Source of the DNA: an uncultured virus (IMG/VR IMGVR_UViG_3300021256_000093)
Lineage: Duplodnaviria; Heunggongvirae; Uroviricota; Caudoviricetes
IMG/VR virus record: IMGVR_UViG_3300021256_000093
DNA length: 64,000 nucleotides
Strand: one strand, 5' to 3'
Positions 1 to 9,833 of the stretch are shown here, in pieces. The notes beneath the pieces were generated by a model that was given only the letters and a program-made list of their open reading frames with translations, ran no database searches and was not told the origin of the DNA. The translations under genes and the position numbers were made by a program. The number at the start of each line of letters is the position of its first letter. Within the stretch, counting starts at the first letter, position 1.

Positions 1-102
1 ACTTACGTTTTTTCCGTGCTCAAAAGACTTAATGCTTTCGGTTTCATCAGCGAAAATCTTTTCTATCTCCGCTACAATTTTATCTTTATCAATCAGTTTC
101 AT
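1..102 (-). CDS. hypothetical protein, partial (runs off window edge)
   Basis: ATG at 102 reads MKLIDKDKIVAEIEKIF... open to position 1; overlaps the stop of the upstream gene. Confidence 0.55.
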   Translation of the reverse strand, partial: MKLIDKDKIVAEIEKIFADETESIKSFEHGKNVS

Positions 103-337
103 AATCGTCATAATTTAAATCCTCTTTTGTTATATCCATATCATATTTAAAAACTAACTCGTAGTCTTGATAACGCCAAACAAATTCCTCCCATGCCGCC
201 TTTGCTTCATCTTCCCATGATTTGGACACAACGAGTTCACATAACGCCCTTTCTGCTTCATAATGCCTTTCGCAAGCATCAAGTAACTTTTCTTGAACTT
301 TTTGTTTTATGGCGTCTTTGTCTATGTACTGTTCCAT
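89..337 (-). CDS. hypothetical protein
   Basis: ORF 89..373; the start at 337 (MEQYIDK) avoids overlap with the upstream gene. Confidence 0.65.
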   Translation of the reverse strand: MEQYIDKDAIKQKVQEKLLDACERHYEAERALCELVVSKSWEDEAKAAWEEFVWRYQDYELVFKYDMDITKEDLNYDDYETD

Positions 338-348
338 AATTATAAATC

Positions 349-1347
349 TTAACTGATTGCGGCTAATATACAATTAAGATAATCAGCAATATATACAAGT
401 GCTGGAATGTCTTTATACTTCTCCTTATCACCTCTACAAAGTGCTTGAACCATATTGAAAGTATTGTACTTCCAATTATCAGGATTATTAAAGAACTTAC
501 ATTTAATACTTAATTCAAAGAAATCATTATCTTTCAACCATTGCTCTCGTTCACTATATGCTTTTTCTCTACTCTCTATTTCTTCATCGGAGGAAGAATT
601 ACTAATAAGAGTCCATAAAAGATGGGAAGCTATTTTTTCATTTAATTTATCTACTCTCTTAGAAAGCAGGTTATCATACTCTTTTTTAGTTATTGTTTTC
701 CACTTACCATCATCTCCTTCAGTTTTAAAAATATTAATATCAACTTTTTCACCTTCTGGAGTTATAACATAAAATATACCTTTTGTATCAAAATCTCCAT
801 GTTTTTTATCTACCAAAAAAGTCTGTGCATATATTTTATATTTACCTTGCTTTGGTATATAAGGCATTGTAATTGGGAACATTTCATCAATAAATCCATC
901 CCATGAATTATATGTATCTGATGGGTTTTCAATATTGATGTAGTATGACCTATCTATATCATGATAAGATACTTTTCCATCAAGTGTTTCTTCGCGAAAA
1001 AGACTACTCATTCTTGGACATTGGATATTAGACTTTAGACCTCTTTCTTTTAGATGTTCTGGTGACTCTAAACTTTGTACTTCTGTACCATTTGCTCTAA
1101 CAAAGAAATCTTCATCAGTGATAGGTGTCAAAGGTTGTCCTTCCATAAGTCTTATAAGGATATTCTTTGTAATATTAAAACTATTACCACTGTGGCCATC
1201 ATCACATAAACTTTGGTACGCTTTAAGCGCAGATTTGTAACAACTACAACCATAATCCCAATCCTCTTCATTATCAAAATCAAACTTAGGATTTTCTCTC
1301 TTGCAGGCTATTCGGCATTCCTGCTTTGCCCAATCTAACATACTCAT
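349..1347 (-). CDS. conserved phage hypothetical protein
   Basis: 332-aa ORF with GHSG, PLTPI and QCPRMSSLF motifs that I recall from other phage proteins; function unknown. Confidence 0.75.
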   Translation of the reverse strand: MSMLDWAKQECRIACKRENPKFDFDNEEDWDYGCSCYKSALKAYQSLCDDGHSGNSFNITKNILIRLMEGQPLTPITDEDFFVRANGTEVQSLESPEHLKERGLKSNIQCPRMSSLFREETLDGKVSYHDIDRSYYINIENPSDTYNSWDGFIDEMFPITMPYIPKQGKYKIYAQTFLVDKKHGDFDTKGIFYVITPEGEKVDINIFKTEGDDGKWKTITKKEYDNLLSKRVDKLNEKIASHLLWTLISNSSSDEEIESREKAYSEREQWLKDNDFFELSIKCKFFNNPDNWKYNTFNMVQALCRGDKEKYKDIPALVYIADYLNCILAAIS

Positions 1348-1362
1348 AATATTATTATTTCT

Positions 1363-1806
1363 TTATATCTTTTTGTTTTCTTTTAACCAAACTACCATTT
1401 CAAATGCTGCATCAATAGGATTGTTATAATAACCTGTTGAATATAGGCATATATCAGTATTAAAAATGTTATATCTAAATATATATGTTTCTCCATTTCT
1501 GTTTGAACCTTTATGCATACTAAATGCATATCTTTGGTTATTTTCTATAATATGAAATGGCATTAAACTTAACAATGCAGAAAAACCCCAAGCTGAAATA
1601 TCTTTAATAGTATCTTGCGAATAGTTATCATCTGATGGTTTTGTAAGACTTAAATAGTAATAAGGTGTATTATCAACAATATATTGATAATCCTTTGTTG
1701 TATGACCTCTATATCTTTCAGCCCACCACATACCTGCAGTATTAATGTCAATACCAAGTTCCATAAGTTTCTTGGATTGTTCAAGTGATGTACAAATACT
1801 ATTCAT
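1363..1806 (-). CDS. hypothetical protein, paralog of 3003..3347
   Basis: shares CTxLEQSxKLxELGID...AW...ALL...NPxDAAFxMVxWLKEN with 3003..3347. Confidence 0.8.
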   Translation of the reverse strand: MNSICTSLEQSKKLMELGIDINTAGMWWAERYRGHTTKDYQYIVDNTPYYYLSLTKPSDDNYSQDTIKDISAWGFSALLSLMPFHIIENNQRYAFSMHKGSNRNGETYIFRYNIFNTDICLYSTGYYNNPIDAAFEMVVWLKENKKI

Positions 1807-1808
1807 AA

Positions 1809-2078
1809 TTATTTCTCTTTTAATTGCTTGATAAGTTCTTTAAGCTCTTTTTGTCTACGTTCCTCACAGAATCGACAGTTACCTTTATGCTCAACAAGAC
1901 CCCTTGTTTCCTCACTAATATATTCACAAGAATCTATGATAACGATTTGATTATGCCATTCTCGTATGGTGGTATTTGTAGTATGTTGTGCCTTTTCTAC
2001 CTCTTTTATTTTATTATTTATTTTATCGCATCCCGTCATCATTAATACAACAAATGCTAATAGGATAATCTTTTTCAT
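1809..2078 (-). CDS. putative lipoprotein
   Basis: MKK + hydrophobic stretch + lipobox MTGC; later HKGNCRFC. Confidence 0.7.
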   Translation of the reverse strand: MKKIILLAFVVLMMTGCDKINNKIKEVEKAQHTTNTTIREWHNQIVIIDSCEYISEETRGLVEHKGNCRFCEERRQKELKELIKQLKEK

Positions 2079-2081
2079 ATT

Positions 2082-2291
2082 TTATTCCTCCATATACTTT
2101 TCAAACTTTTTCACTATATAATTGACATGTACATCTGTTCCTGGAGTGTGTGCCCAAAGAAACTCTTTAACCTTCTCAATGAAAACATCCTTACGGATGT
2201 ACTCAGTACTAATATTGTTTGAGTATATACTCCAATTGTCATTAAATTCACCTGTTGGGTCGTCAATAAAAATCCTTTCTGGTGCTTCCAT
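2082..2291 (-). CDS. hypothetical protein
   Basis: 69-aa ORF tightly packed in a leftward operon. Confidence 0.65.
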   Translation of the reverse strand: MEAPERIFIDDPTGEFNDNWSIYSNNISTEYIRKDVFIEKVKEFLWAHTPGTDVHVNYIVKKFEKYMEE

Positions 2292-2296
2292 ATTTA

Positions 2297-2494
2297 TTAT
2301 ACTTTCTTTTTATAGCAATTAAATGGGCATTCTAAACAAGGATATGGAACAAGTTCTGCAAATTTTTCTGCAGAAAAATTATATTTCTCATCAATAATTT
2401 TACAATGTGGCTCGTAATGATCTAATGGAAGTGGAAAATCTGTCCAATAATGCTCACAAGTTTTACACAAATCTTTGTTCTTTTCTTGTCCCAT
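2297..2494 (-). CDS. small Cys-rich hypothetical protein (possible Zn binding)
   Basis: CxxC...C...CxxC pattern. Confidence 0.6.
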   Translation of the reverse strand: MGQEKNKDLCKTCEHYWTDFPLPLDHYEPHCKIIDEKYNFSAEKFAELVPYPCLECPFNCYKKKV

Positions 2495-2524
2495 AATTTA
2501 ATTATTAATCATTTTTATATATAA

Positions 2525-2553
2525 AATATAGTAACTTTCTTTATAAATTTTAA
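2525..2553 (-). promoter_or_regulatory. putative class I (early-type) promoter TTAAAA-N17-TATATT
   Basis: recurring CTATATT motif with TT(A/G)AA 17 nt upstream, ahead of a leftward gene. Confidence 0.5.
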
Positions 2554-2604
2554 ATATTATATAAAAATCTAATATTATAAGCTTAAAACTATATTCTAAA
2601 ATTT

Positions 2605-3006
2605 TCAATTCCAAATACTACTTTCAATTTCATATTCTGAATGGGCTTTCCTATACGCTATTCTTTCTTTTTGGTCTTCTTCATTATACCATTTTAGAAA
2701 TTCTCCATATATATTATAATTGTTTTTGAATTGCTCTAAATCTTTTCGTTTCCAAATAAATATAGGGAAATAATTATCAGGATCTTCTTCAGTATTTTTA
2801 TAAGCTAATGTATGATTACAAAAAATTCTTGGTTGTACCCATTTAGTACTATATTTTGAAACTGCTCTAAATTTAATTAAACCCCAAAACCAACAGTGTT
2901 CTTTATAATATTTCAGGTCTTGAGATGGAGAAATACGGTATTCTAATACATGAGATTCTCCATAAGGAACTGCTCTAAATTCAATTTTTAAGTCTTCTTT
3001 ATTCAT
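2605..3006 (-). CDS. hypothetical protein
   Basis: 133-aa ORF with ATGA overlap to the upstream gene. Confidence 0.7.
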   Translation of the reverse strand: MNKEDLKIEFRAVPYGESHVLEYRISPSQDLKYYKEHCWFWGLIKFRAVSKYSTKWVQPRIFCNHTLAYKNTEEDPDNYFPIFIWKRKDLEQFKNNYNIYGEFLKWYNEEDQKERIAYRKAHSEYEIESSIWN

Positions 3007-3347
3007 ATCTTATTATTTTCTTTTAACCAACAAACCATATCAAAGGCAGCATCAAGTGGATTATCGAATTTATTGGTAATATAATATGGTTTTACATCAT
3101 ATACTGCTTGATACGCATCTTCAAGATGTAGAAGAGAAACATCATTAGGAGTCAATTCTAACAAAGCAGTAAGACTCCAAGCAGGAATATCCATATCAGT
3201 AACAAACGCATAGTCAATTAACCATGCTTCGTAACTCTTTTCTTCTGTATTATGCCACCAAAACATATCGGCAGTGCTAATATCAATCCCTAATTCTATT
3301 AGTTTTTGAGATTGTTCCAAGTTTGTACATAATTTAATTGTTGCCAT
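3003..3347 (-). CDS. hypothetical protein, paralog of 1363..1806
   Basis: see 1363..1806. Confidence 0.8.
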   Translation of the reverse strand: MATIKLCTNLEQSQKLIELGIDISTADMFWWHNTEEKSYEAWLIDYAFVTDMDIPAWSLTALLELTPNDVSLLHLEDAYQAVYDVKPYYITNKFDNPLDAAFDMVCWLKENNKI

Positions 3348-3790
3348 AGTTTAACAAAATCAGTATAACCTTTAATATGTATTCCTACTCTTTTACAATA
3401 AGTATTAACTTTATCTGCATAAATTGATACATTACCCTTTCCATCAGGGACTGATAATATTTCCTTAACAAGTCTTTTATTCTTTCTGTTAGGCCTTTTA
3501 ATTGTTGCAATAATTAATTTTTATGTTATATTATATTATACATTCCTTCAGGTGCTTCGTGCGGTTCCATAACTACAAAATTATTTCTTTTTCAATTCCA
3601 CAAAGTCTAAATAAATGTTGGAGTTCGTGAACACTTTGAAGTCCGATTGTCATCATAGTTATTCCTCCTTCCTTGCTTCAGCAATTCGTTGTTGCACCTC
3701 TCGATAGTTATTCTCACCGTCTAATGTTGAATAACGTTTTAGCATTTCTTCTTTTGTCATAACTTATTCTCTTTTTTCTTCCATTCCATA

Positions 3791-3952
3791 TTAACTAACT
3801 ACTTCAGGGAAACAGTCATTTCCATTTTTATCAAAATAATAAGGATAATCGTGTTTGCGAATGCTTAGTGGTATATCATTCCAACTAACTTCTTCACCAC
3901 AATAATAAAATCCTATCTTATTTCTCTCTTCATTTATTTGCTCTTGTGTCAT
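3791..3952 (-). CDS. small hypothetical protein (53 aa, not in ORF track)
   Basis: MTQEQINEERNKIGFYY...FPEVVS*; ATGA overlap with the 3949 stop. Confidence 0.55.
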   Translation of the reverse strand: MTQEQINEERNKIGFYYCGEEVSWNDIPLSIRKHDYPYYFDKNGNDCFPEVVS

Positions 3953-4326
3953 AGTTTACTTAATTTTGTTATTAAATTTTCCTTATATAATATTTCCGCA
4001 ATCACATCGATATTCATCATTATTTGTTCATGAACATCAAGCTTATAGTCATTTTTCTGAACAGGCCAACTGTGGCAAATCATCTCGTATTCGCATCTGG
4101 CCCAGAACTGATATTGGGATTCTTTCTCAACAAACATCTTAAATTCATCTAAAGTTTTTGGAACAAATGTATATTCATTATCAACAGCCAAGTGTCCTTT
4201 CTTTGAATATTTCTTGAACCTTTTTACTCGTTCTTTGTAACGATTTCGCAAATAAGGTAAAACATCATAGTGAACTAACTTATCACTATTAAAATCCCAG
4301 CTAAGTACATTAAACTTATTTACCAT
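3949..4326 (-). CDS. hypothetical protein
   Basis: ORF 3949..4347, more likely start at ATG 4326 (MVNKFNV); YQFWARCEYE motif. Confidence 0.7.
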   Translation of the reverse strand: MVNKFNVLSWDFNSDKLVHYDVLPYLRNRYKERVKRFKKYSKKGHLAVDNEYTFVPKTLDEFKMFVEKESQYQFWARCEYEMICHSWPVQKNDYKLDVHEQIMMNIDVIAEILYKENLITKLSKL

Positions 4327-4328
4327 AA

Positions 4329-4466
4329 TTATTTCCTCCAATACCAATTTCCAATCAAATGAATTCTTCCATTATTAGAAGGGTGATAATTCTCAGTAGG
4401 AAACCACCACTTCCAATATTCAAGTCGACCAAAATCTAGATGTTCTCCAGTAATTACTTCTAACAT
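4329..4466 (-). CDS. small Trp-rich hypothetical protein (45 aa, not in ORF track)
   Basis: MLEVITGEHLDFGRLEYWKWWF...WYWRK* fills the gap between neighbours. Confidence 0.5.
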   Translation of the reverse strand: MLEVITGEHLDFGRLEYWKWWFPTENYHPSNNGRIHLIGNWYWRK

Positions 4467-4471
4467 ATCTT

Positions 4472-4909
4472 TTAATCTTTTGTAAAGTGAGCAATATCAA
4501 ATCCAATCTCAACAAAGCATTCATATCCAACCATATCCATACTAAACATGATTCCTCCACCTGACATACTAAATGAAGTTTCACCAAGCTCAATAATTTC
4601 ATAAAGGCCTTGCTTAAGATATTCTTCTTTTAAAACCTCTATAAAATGTTCTTTAGTAGGTACTGCATAGAAGCTTTTACCATTCTCATAATGAAACCAG
4701 TCCCAATTATGTTCTTGCATGAACTTCAATACAATATCAAATCTGAAATTAGAAATTGCTTCATCAAAAGCTTTATTGAAATTTTCCATAATACTAAGCT
4801 TCCTCCCAATCTCAAGCTCTTTGCAATATTCATCATCAATAATTTCGTTGAGCTTCTGAATATCTTTTCTTCGAAGCTTAGTCCATGTTGAATTAATTTC
4901 GTATCCCAT
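4472..4909 (-). CDS. hypothetical protein
   Basis: 145-aa ORF in operon. Confidence 0.7.
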   Translation of the reverse strand: MGYEINSTWTKLRRKDIQKLNEIIDDEYCKELEIGRKLSIMENFNKAFDEAISNFRFDIVLKFMQEHNWDWFHYENGKSFYAVPTKEHFIEVLKEEYLKQGLYEIIELGETSFSMSGGGIMFSMDMVGYECFVEIGFDIAHFTKD

Positions 4910-4918
4910 AATTATTAT

Positions 4919-5197
4919 TTAAATTTTAGTGCAAGCTAACCAATAGCCCTGATTATTAGACTTCATGAACAGTTTAAGATTTTTACCATTCAATTCAAAC
5001 ATAATTCCAAATGGACGCTGAGTACCTTTGATAAGATTAATACTCTGGCCAATCACCTTCTCAACACTCTTCTGCATGACCTTAGCATACTCATTGAAAT
5101 CTTCATATCCTGCTTCATCTAGCCAACGATACTTTAGATTAGCAAATGTGTTAAGAACTGAATAGGAATTCACAAGTTTTTTGATGGTTTCTTTCAT
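4919..5197 (-). CDS. hypothetical protein
   Basis: 92-aa ORF directly after a class I promoter motif. Confidence 0.7.
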   Translation of the reverse strand: MKETIKKLVNSYSVLNTFANLKYRWLDEAGYEDFNEYAKVMQKSVEKVIGQSINLIKGTQRPFGIMFELNGKNLKLFMKSNNQGYWLACTKI

Positions 5198-5226
5198 AAT
5201 ATATCAGTATTAGTAACTACATTTAT

Positions 5227-5255
5227 AATATAGATAATATACTTAAAAAATTCAA
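5227..5255 (-). promoter_or_regulatory. putative class I promoter TTGAAT-N17-TATATT
   Basis: sigma70-like -35/-10 with a 17-nt spacer upstream of the leftward operon. Confidence 0.6.
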
Positions 5256-5331
5256 ATATAGTTTAAAATAAAAGTATTAAATTAAAACTTTATATAATAT
5301 AGTTTTATGTATAAATTTTATTTTTATATAT

Positions 5332-6375
5332 ATGGCTAAAAAAGATATATTAGAGCAAGAATTTGGAGAAGACCATGCATTAGAAGCTGTATTGAAAGAT
5401 ATTGCAAAACAGTATGGTCAAGGCTCTGTTATGCTTCTTGGAGAGTCACCTAATATGGATATTGATACGATATCTACAGGTTCATTGTCTTTAGATATTG
5501 CGACAGGTATTGGTGGATATCCATTAGGTAGGATCGTTGAAATCTTCGGACCAGAGTCATCAGGAAAAACTACATTAGCGATACATGCTGTTGCAGAAGC
5601 TCAGAAGATAGGATTGAAAGCTGCGTATATAGATGCTGAGAATGCATTTGATAGAGAATATGCAGCGGCATTAGGTGTAGATATAAACAAGCTATATTTT
5701 TCTCAGCCAGATTGTGGAGAAGATTGCCTTGAGATAGCAACTAAATTGATATCCTCAGGTAAGATAGGAATATGTGTCATTGATTCTGTTGCTGCATTGA
5801 TACCTAAAGCAGAATTAGAAGGTGCTATGGGAGATGCTCGTATAGGACTTCAGGCACGATTAATGTCGCAAGCATTACGCAAGATGGTAGGTATTATCAA
5901 AAAGTCTAATTGCTTATGTATATTCATCAATCAAATTCGTGAAAAGATTGGCGTATTATTTGGCAATCCTGAGACAACAACTGGAGGCAATGCTCTCAAG
6001 TTCTATGCTAGTATGCGCCTAGATGTTCGCAAATCTTCACAAATCAAAGATGGAGATGAAGCAACAGCAAATCTAACGAAAGTAAAGATAATCAAGAATA
6101 AGTGTGCACCACCATTCAGAAAAGCAGAATTTGAAATTGAATATGGTAAAGGAATTAATAAGTTCAATGAAATCGTTGACTTAGCAATAGACTTAGATAT
6201 TATACATAAGTCTGGTTCTTGGTTTTCATATCAAGATACAAAAATAGGTCAAGGAAAATCTGTAGTCATAGATATATTGCAAGATAATCCTGAACTATTA
6301 GATGAAATTGAAGAGCAAGTAAAATACTCATTAATTCATAAGGATGATACTAAAGAAGACGAATTATTCAATTAA
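5332..6375 (+). CDS. recA: RecA recombinase (bacterial type)
   Basis: GPESSGKTT Walker [51 protein letters not shown]. Confidence 0.98.
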   Translation: MAKKDILEQEFGEDHALEAVLKDIAKQYGQGSVMLLGESPNMDIDTISTGSLSLDIATGIGGYPLGRIVEIFGPESSGKTTLAIHAVAEAQKIGLKAAYIDAENAFDREYAAALGVDINKLYFSQPDCGEDCLEIATKLISSGKIGICVIDSVAALIPKAELEGAMGDARIGLQARLMSQALRKMVGIIKKSNCLCIFINQIREKIGVLFGNPETTTGGNALKFYASMRLDVRKSSQIKDGDEATANLTKVKIIKNKCAPPFRKAEFEIEYGKGINKFNEIVDLAIDLDIIHKSGSWFSYQDTKIGQGKSVVIDILQDNPELLDEIEEQVKYSLIHKDDTKEDELFN

Positions 6376-6393
6376 AATATATATTAATAAATT

Positions 6394-6795
6394 ATGAAAA
6401 AATTAAATCAATATATACAAGAAAAATTTATATTAAGTAATGATACTAAACCAGTATATAAATATTTTCCTAAAGATAAAAATAAATTAAGAGAATTAAT
6501 ACTTAATCTTATAGGAAAAAATGGACAAGATGCTGACTTGAATAATATAGATACATCAAAAATAACAGATATGAGCTATTTATTTGCAAATATATCATTT
6601 AATGGTGATATATCTAAATGGAATGTTGAAAATGTTACAGATATGAATCATATGTTTATGAATTCTACTTTTGCTGGTGATATTTCAAATTGGAAAGTTA
6701 CTGATGGTAATTTATATGATATGTTTGAAGATTGTCCTCTTGAACAATGTCCTCCAAAATGGTATTTAGATTGGAAGCATCAAGATTTAGGATAA
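6394..6795 (+). CDS. DUF285/BspA-like repeat protein with capsid-targeting-like leader
   Basis: leader MKKLNQYIQE; DISKWNVENVTDMNHMF repeats; PKWY cap. Confidence 0.85.
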   Translation: MKKLNQYIQEKFILSNDTKPVYKYFPKDKNKLRELILNLIGKNGQDADLNNIDTSKITDMSYLFANISFNGDISKWNVENVTDMNHMFMNSTFAGDISNWKVTDGNLYDMFEDCPLEQCPPKWYLDWKHQDLG

Positions 6796-6815
6796 AATAA
6801 TTTAAAATATAATAA

Positions 6816-7280
6816 ATGAAAACAATAAATCAATATATACAAGAAAAATTTGAGATAAATAAGAATACAAAAAGAACTTATAAATATTCTCCTAAAAATG
6901 AAACAGAACTTCGAAAGATATTAGAAGAACGATTAGCAGAAGATAAAAATGCTGATTTGAATAATATTGATATTAGTAAAATAACTAGTATGAATAATTT
7001 ATTTTATAATTTAGATCCACATAATATTAATATGGAATACTGGGATGTATCTAAAGTTACAGATATGAATAGTATGTTCTTTGAATGTGAGAATTTTGAT
7101 TCAGATTTAAGTAATTGGAATGTATCTCAAGTTAGCTGTATGGATGCTATGTTTTATGGATGTAAAAAATTTACAGGCAAAGGATTAGACGATTGGGAAG
7201 TAACTAATCTTGAAGATATGACATTTATATTTGATGGTTGTGAGTCTTTAAAAAATAAACCAAGTTGGTATAAAGAATAA
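6816..7280 (+). CDS. DUF285/BspA-like repeat protein with capsid-targeting-like leader
   Basis: MKTINQYIQEKFEINKNTK; WDVSKVTDMNSMF repeats; PSWY cap. Confidence 0.88.
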   Translation: MKTINQYIQEKFEINKNTKRTYKYSPKNETELRKILEERLAEDKNADLNNIDISKITSMNNLFYNLDPHNINMEYWDVSKVTDMNSMFFECENFDSDLSNWNVSQVSCMDAMFYGCKKFTGKGLDDWEVTNLEDMTFIFDGCESLKNKPSWYKE

Positions 7281-7285
7281 ATAAT

Positions 7286-7897
7286 ATGAAAACAATAAAT
7301 CAATACATACAAGAAAAATTTGAGATAAATAAGAATACAAAGATTATATATAATTATTTTCCTAAAACAAAAGATGAACTTAGGAAGATATTAGAGGAAC
7401 GATTAGCAGAAAATAAGAATGCTAATTTAAATGATATTGATGTTAGTTTAATAACAGATATGGATTTCTTATTTGAAGATTTAAATCCATATAATATTAA
7501 TATATCTGCTTGGGATGTATCAAATGTTACAAATATGGAATATACGTTTGGTGCATGTACAAATTTTAATTCTGACTTAAGTGGATGGGATGTTTCAAAT
7601 GTTACAGATATGGAATATATGTTTGGCGCATGTACAAATTTTAATTCTGACTTAAGTGGATGGGATGTTTCAAAGGTTATTAATATGGGATATATGTTTA
7701 ATGGATGTGATAATTTCAATTCAGATTTAAGTAGGTGGAATGTAAGTAAAGTTAAAAATATGAAGTCTATATTTAATGGATGTGAAAATTTTAATTCTGA
7801 TTTAAGTAAATGGGATGTTTCAAAGGTTAAAGATATGAGATATATGTTTAACGGATGTGATTCTTTAAAAAATAAGCCAAAATGGTATAAAGGATAA
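7286..7897 (+). CDS. DUF285/BspA-like repeat protein with capsid-targeting-like leader
   Basis: same leader; about five 25-aa WDVSxVxxMxxMFxxCxNFNSDLS repeats. Confidence 0.9.
   Translation: MKTINQYIQEKFEINKNTKIIYNYFPKTKDELRKILEERLAENKNANLNDIDVSLITDMDFLFEDLNPYNINISAWDVSNVTNMEYTFGACTNFNSDLSGWDVSNVTDMEYMFGACTNFNSDLSGWDVSKVINMGYMFNGCDNFNSDLSRWNVSKVKNMKSIFNGCENFNSDLSKWDVSKVKDMRYMFNGCDSLKNKPKWYKG
7511..7860 (+). repeat. 75-nt tandem coding repeat (DUF285 units)
   Basis: units at 7511-7585 and 7586-7660 are nearly identical; more diverged copies follow. Confidence 0.85.
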
Positions 7898-7902
7898 ATT
7901 GC

Positions 7903-8367
7903 ATGAAATCGATAAATCAATACATACAAGAAAAATTCGAATTAAATAAGAATACAAAAGTTTCATTAGGTAATGAATATACATTTAATGGATTTAAAAA
8001 ATTAATTTCATCAGAATTGCATACAACAGAAAATATAAATGATGATATTTTTAAACATATGATTAGCGTATTGTTTAATAATGATAAATCAAAATTAAAA
8101 AATATATCATTTATAAATGTATCAAAAGATAAAGAAGAAATTGATTTTTTTAAAAAACAAATAATTCCAAAAGATAGAGATATATCATATTTTAAAAGCG
8201 CTTATTATATTGATTCAGAAAATAAATTACCAGTATTTCATTATTATAATGTTAGTAAAAAAACAGGTTATCCAAATATGGATATATACCAATATAGAAT
8301 TGGATATAATACAGGCAAAGATATTTTTGATATTTCAACGATTCGTTTATTTAAAATAAATATCTAA
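7903..8367 (+). CDS. hypothetical protein with capsid-targeting-like leader
   Basis: MKSINQYIQEKFELNKNTK followed by a non-repeat domain. Confidence 0.8.
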   Translation: MKSINQYIQEKFELNKNTKVSLGNEYTFNGFKKLISSELHTTENINDDIFKHMISVLFNNDKSKLKNISFINVSKDKEEIDFFKKQIIPKDRDISYFKSAYYIDSENKLPVFHYYNVSKKTGYPNMDIYQYRIGYNTGKDIFDISTIRLFKINI

Positions 8368-8394
8368 TAAAATAAATATAAATATAATATATAT

Positions 8395-9024
8395 ATGAAA
8401 GATTTAAATCAATATATACAGGAGAAATTCGAATTAAATAAGAATACTAAATCATTCTTTACGTATAATTATTTTCCTGAAAGTAAAGCAGAGCTTAGAG
8501 AAATATTAGAAGAACGTTTAAGATATGATAAAAATGCTAACTTGAATGATATTGATGTTAGTAAAATATATTATATGAACAATTTATTTTATGGATTAAA
8601 ACCAGAAAAAATAAATATATCTCATTGGAATATGATTAATGTAAAAAGCATAGAAAATATGTTTTTTGGCTGTGATAACTTAGAATGTGATGTTAGTCAA
8701 TGGGATATATCAGAGGTTCGAAATATGAATGGCGCTTTTGCTGGATGCTATAAATTTAATTCAGATGTAAGTAATTGGAAAGTTAAAAATACAGAAGATA
8801 TGGGTGGACTATTTTGTAGATGTTCAAGTTTTAATCAAGATTTATCAAAATGGGATGTAAGTCATGTAAATAATATGACAAATATGTTTATGAGATGTAG
8901 TGCATTTAAGCAAGACTTAAATAACTGGAAACCTAAATCATTAAAAGAATTTAATAATATATTTAAAGATTGTCCATTACAAAATAATCCACCAAAGTGG
9001 TATGAAAAATTAATTAGAAAATAA
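8395..9024 (+). CDS. DUF285/BspA-like repeat protein with capsid-targeting-like leader
   Basis: MKDLNQYIQEKFELNKNTK; FNQDLSKWDVSHVNNMTNMF; PKWY. Confidence 0.9.
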   Translation: MKDLNQYIQEKFELNKNTKSFFTYNYFPESKAELREILEERLRYDKNANLNDIDVSKIYYMNNLFYGLKPEKINISHWNMINVKSIENMFFGCDNLECDVSQWDISEVRNMNGAFAGCYKFNSDVSNWKVKNTEDMGGLFCRCSSFNQDLSKWDVSHVNNMTNMFMRCSAFKQDLNNWKPKSLKEFNNIFKDCPLQNNPPKWYEKLIRK

Positions 9025-9036
9025 TATATATTATAT

Positions 9037-9813
9037 ATGAAAACTATAAATCAATATATACAGGAAAAATTTGAATTAAATAAGAATACTAAAATTATAT
9101 ATAAATATTTTCCAGTAACAAAAGAAGAACTTAGGAAAATATTAGAAGAACGGTTAGCTAAAGATAAAAATGCTAACTTAAATGATATTGATGTTAGTAG
9201 ATTAGATGATTTGAATGGTATATTTAATCAATTAGATCCATGCGATATTGATATATCACGTTGGGATGTGTCAAAAGTAACAGATATGTCATTTATGTTC
9301 TATAATTGTAAGAATTTTAACTGTAATTTAAGTAAATGGGATGTAAGCAATGTTGAAAGCATGGAATATATATTTTGTAATTGTGAAAAATTTGATGCAT
9401 CATGCTTAGAATCGTGGGAACCAAAAAATATTGATGACTTAGAATATGCATTTTCTGGTGTAAAGAAATTTAATGCAGATTTATCAAAATGGAAAACTAA
9501 TAAAGTAGAAAATATGATTTATACTTTTAAAAATTGTGAAGAATTTACTGGAAAGGGATTAGAAAATTGGAATATGTCTAGAGTAAAAGGAACAGTTGGA
9601 ATGCTTTATAATTGTAAAAACTTTAATATTAATGTAGGAAACTGGAAACTTGATAAAGTAGAACATTCACAATTAATGTTTTATGGTTGTAAATCATTTT
9701 TAGGTAAAGGCTTAGAAAATTGGAATTTAAATAATAGAGCCATACATCAAGTAAATATGTTTGATAGTACTCCTATAGAAAAGAAATTACCAAAATGGTA
9801 TATGACGAAATAA
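9037..9813 (+). CDS. DUF285/BspA-like repeat protein with capsid-targeting-like leader
   Basis: same leader; multiple W(D/N)VSxVxxM repeats; PKWY. Confidence 0.9.
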   Translation: MKTINQYIQEKFELNKNTKIIYKYFPVTKEELRKILEERLAKDKNANLNDIDVSRLDDLNGIFNQLDPCDIDISRWDVSKVTDMSFMFYNCKNFNCNLSKWDVSNVESMEYIFCNCEKFDASCLESWEPKNIDDLEYAFSGVKKFNADLSKWKTNKVENMIYTFKNCEEFTGKGLENWNMSRVKGTVGMLYNCKNFNINVGNWKLDKVEHSQLMFYGCKSFLGKGLENWNLNNRAIHQVNMFDSTPIEKKLPKWYMTK

Positions 9814-9833
9814 TATATAAGAAAAACTAATAT

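Noticed and set aside
7354..7929. 191-aa antisense ORF with FETSHPLKSELKF repeats
   Set aside because: It is the mirror of the DUF285 repeats on the coding strand.
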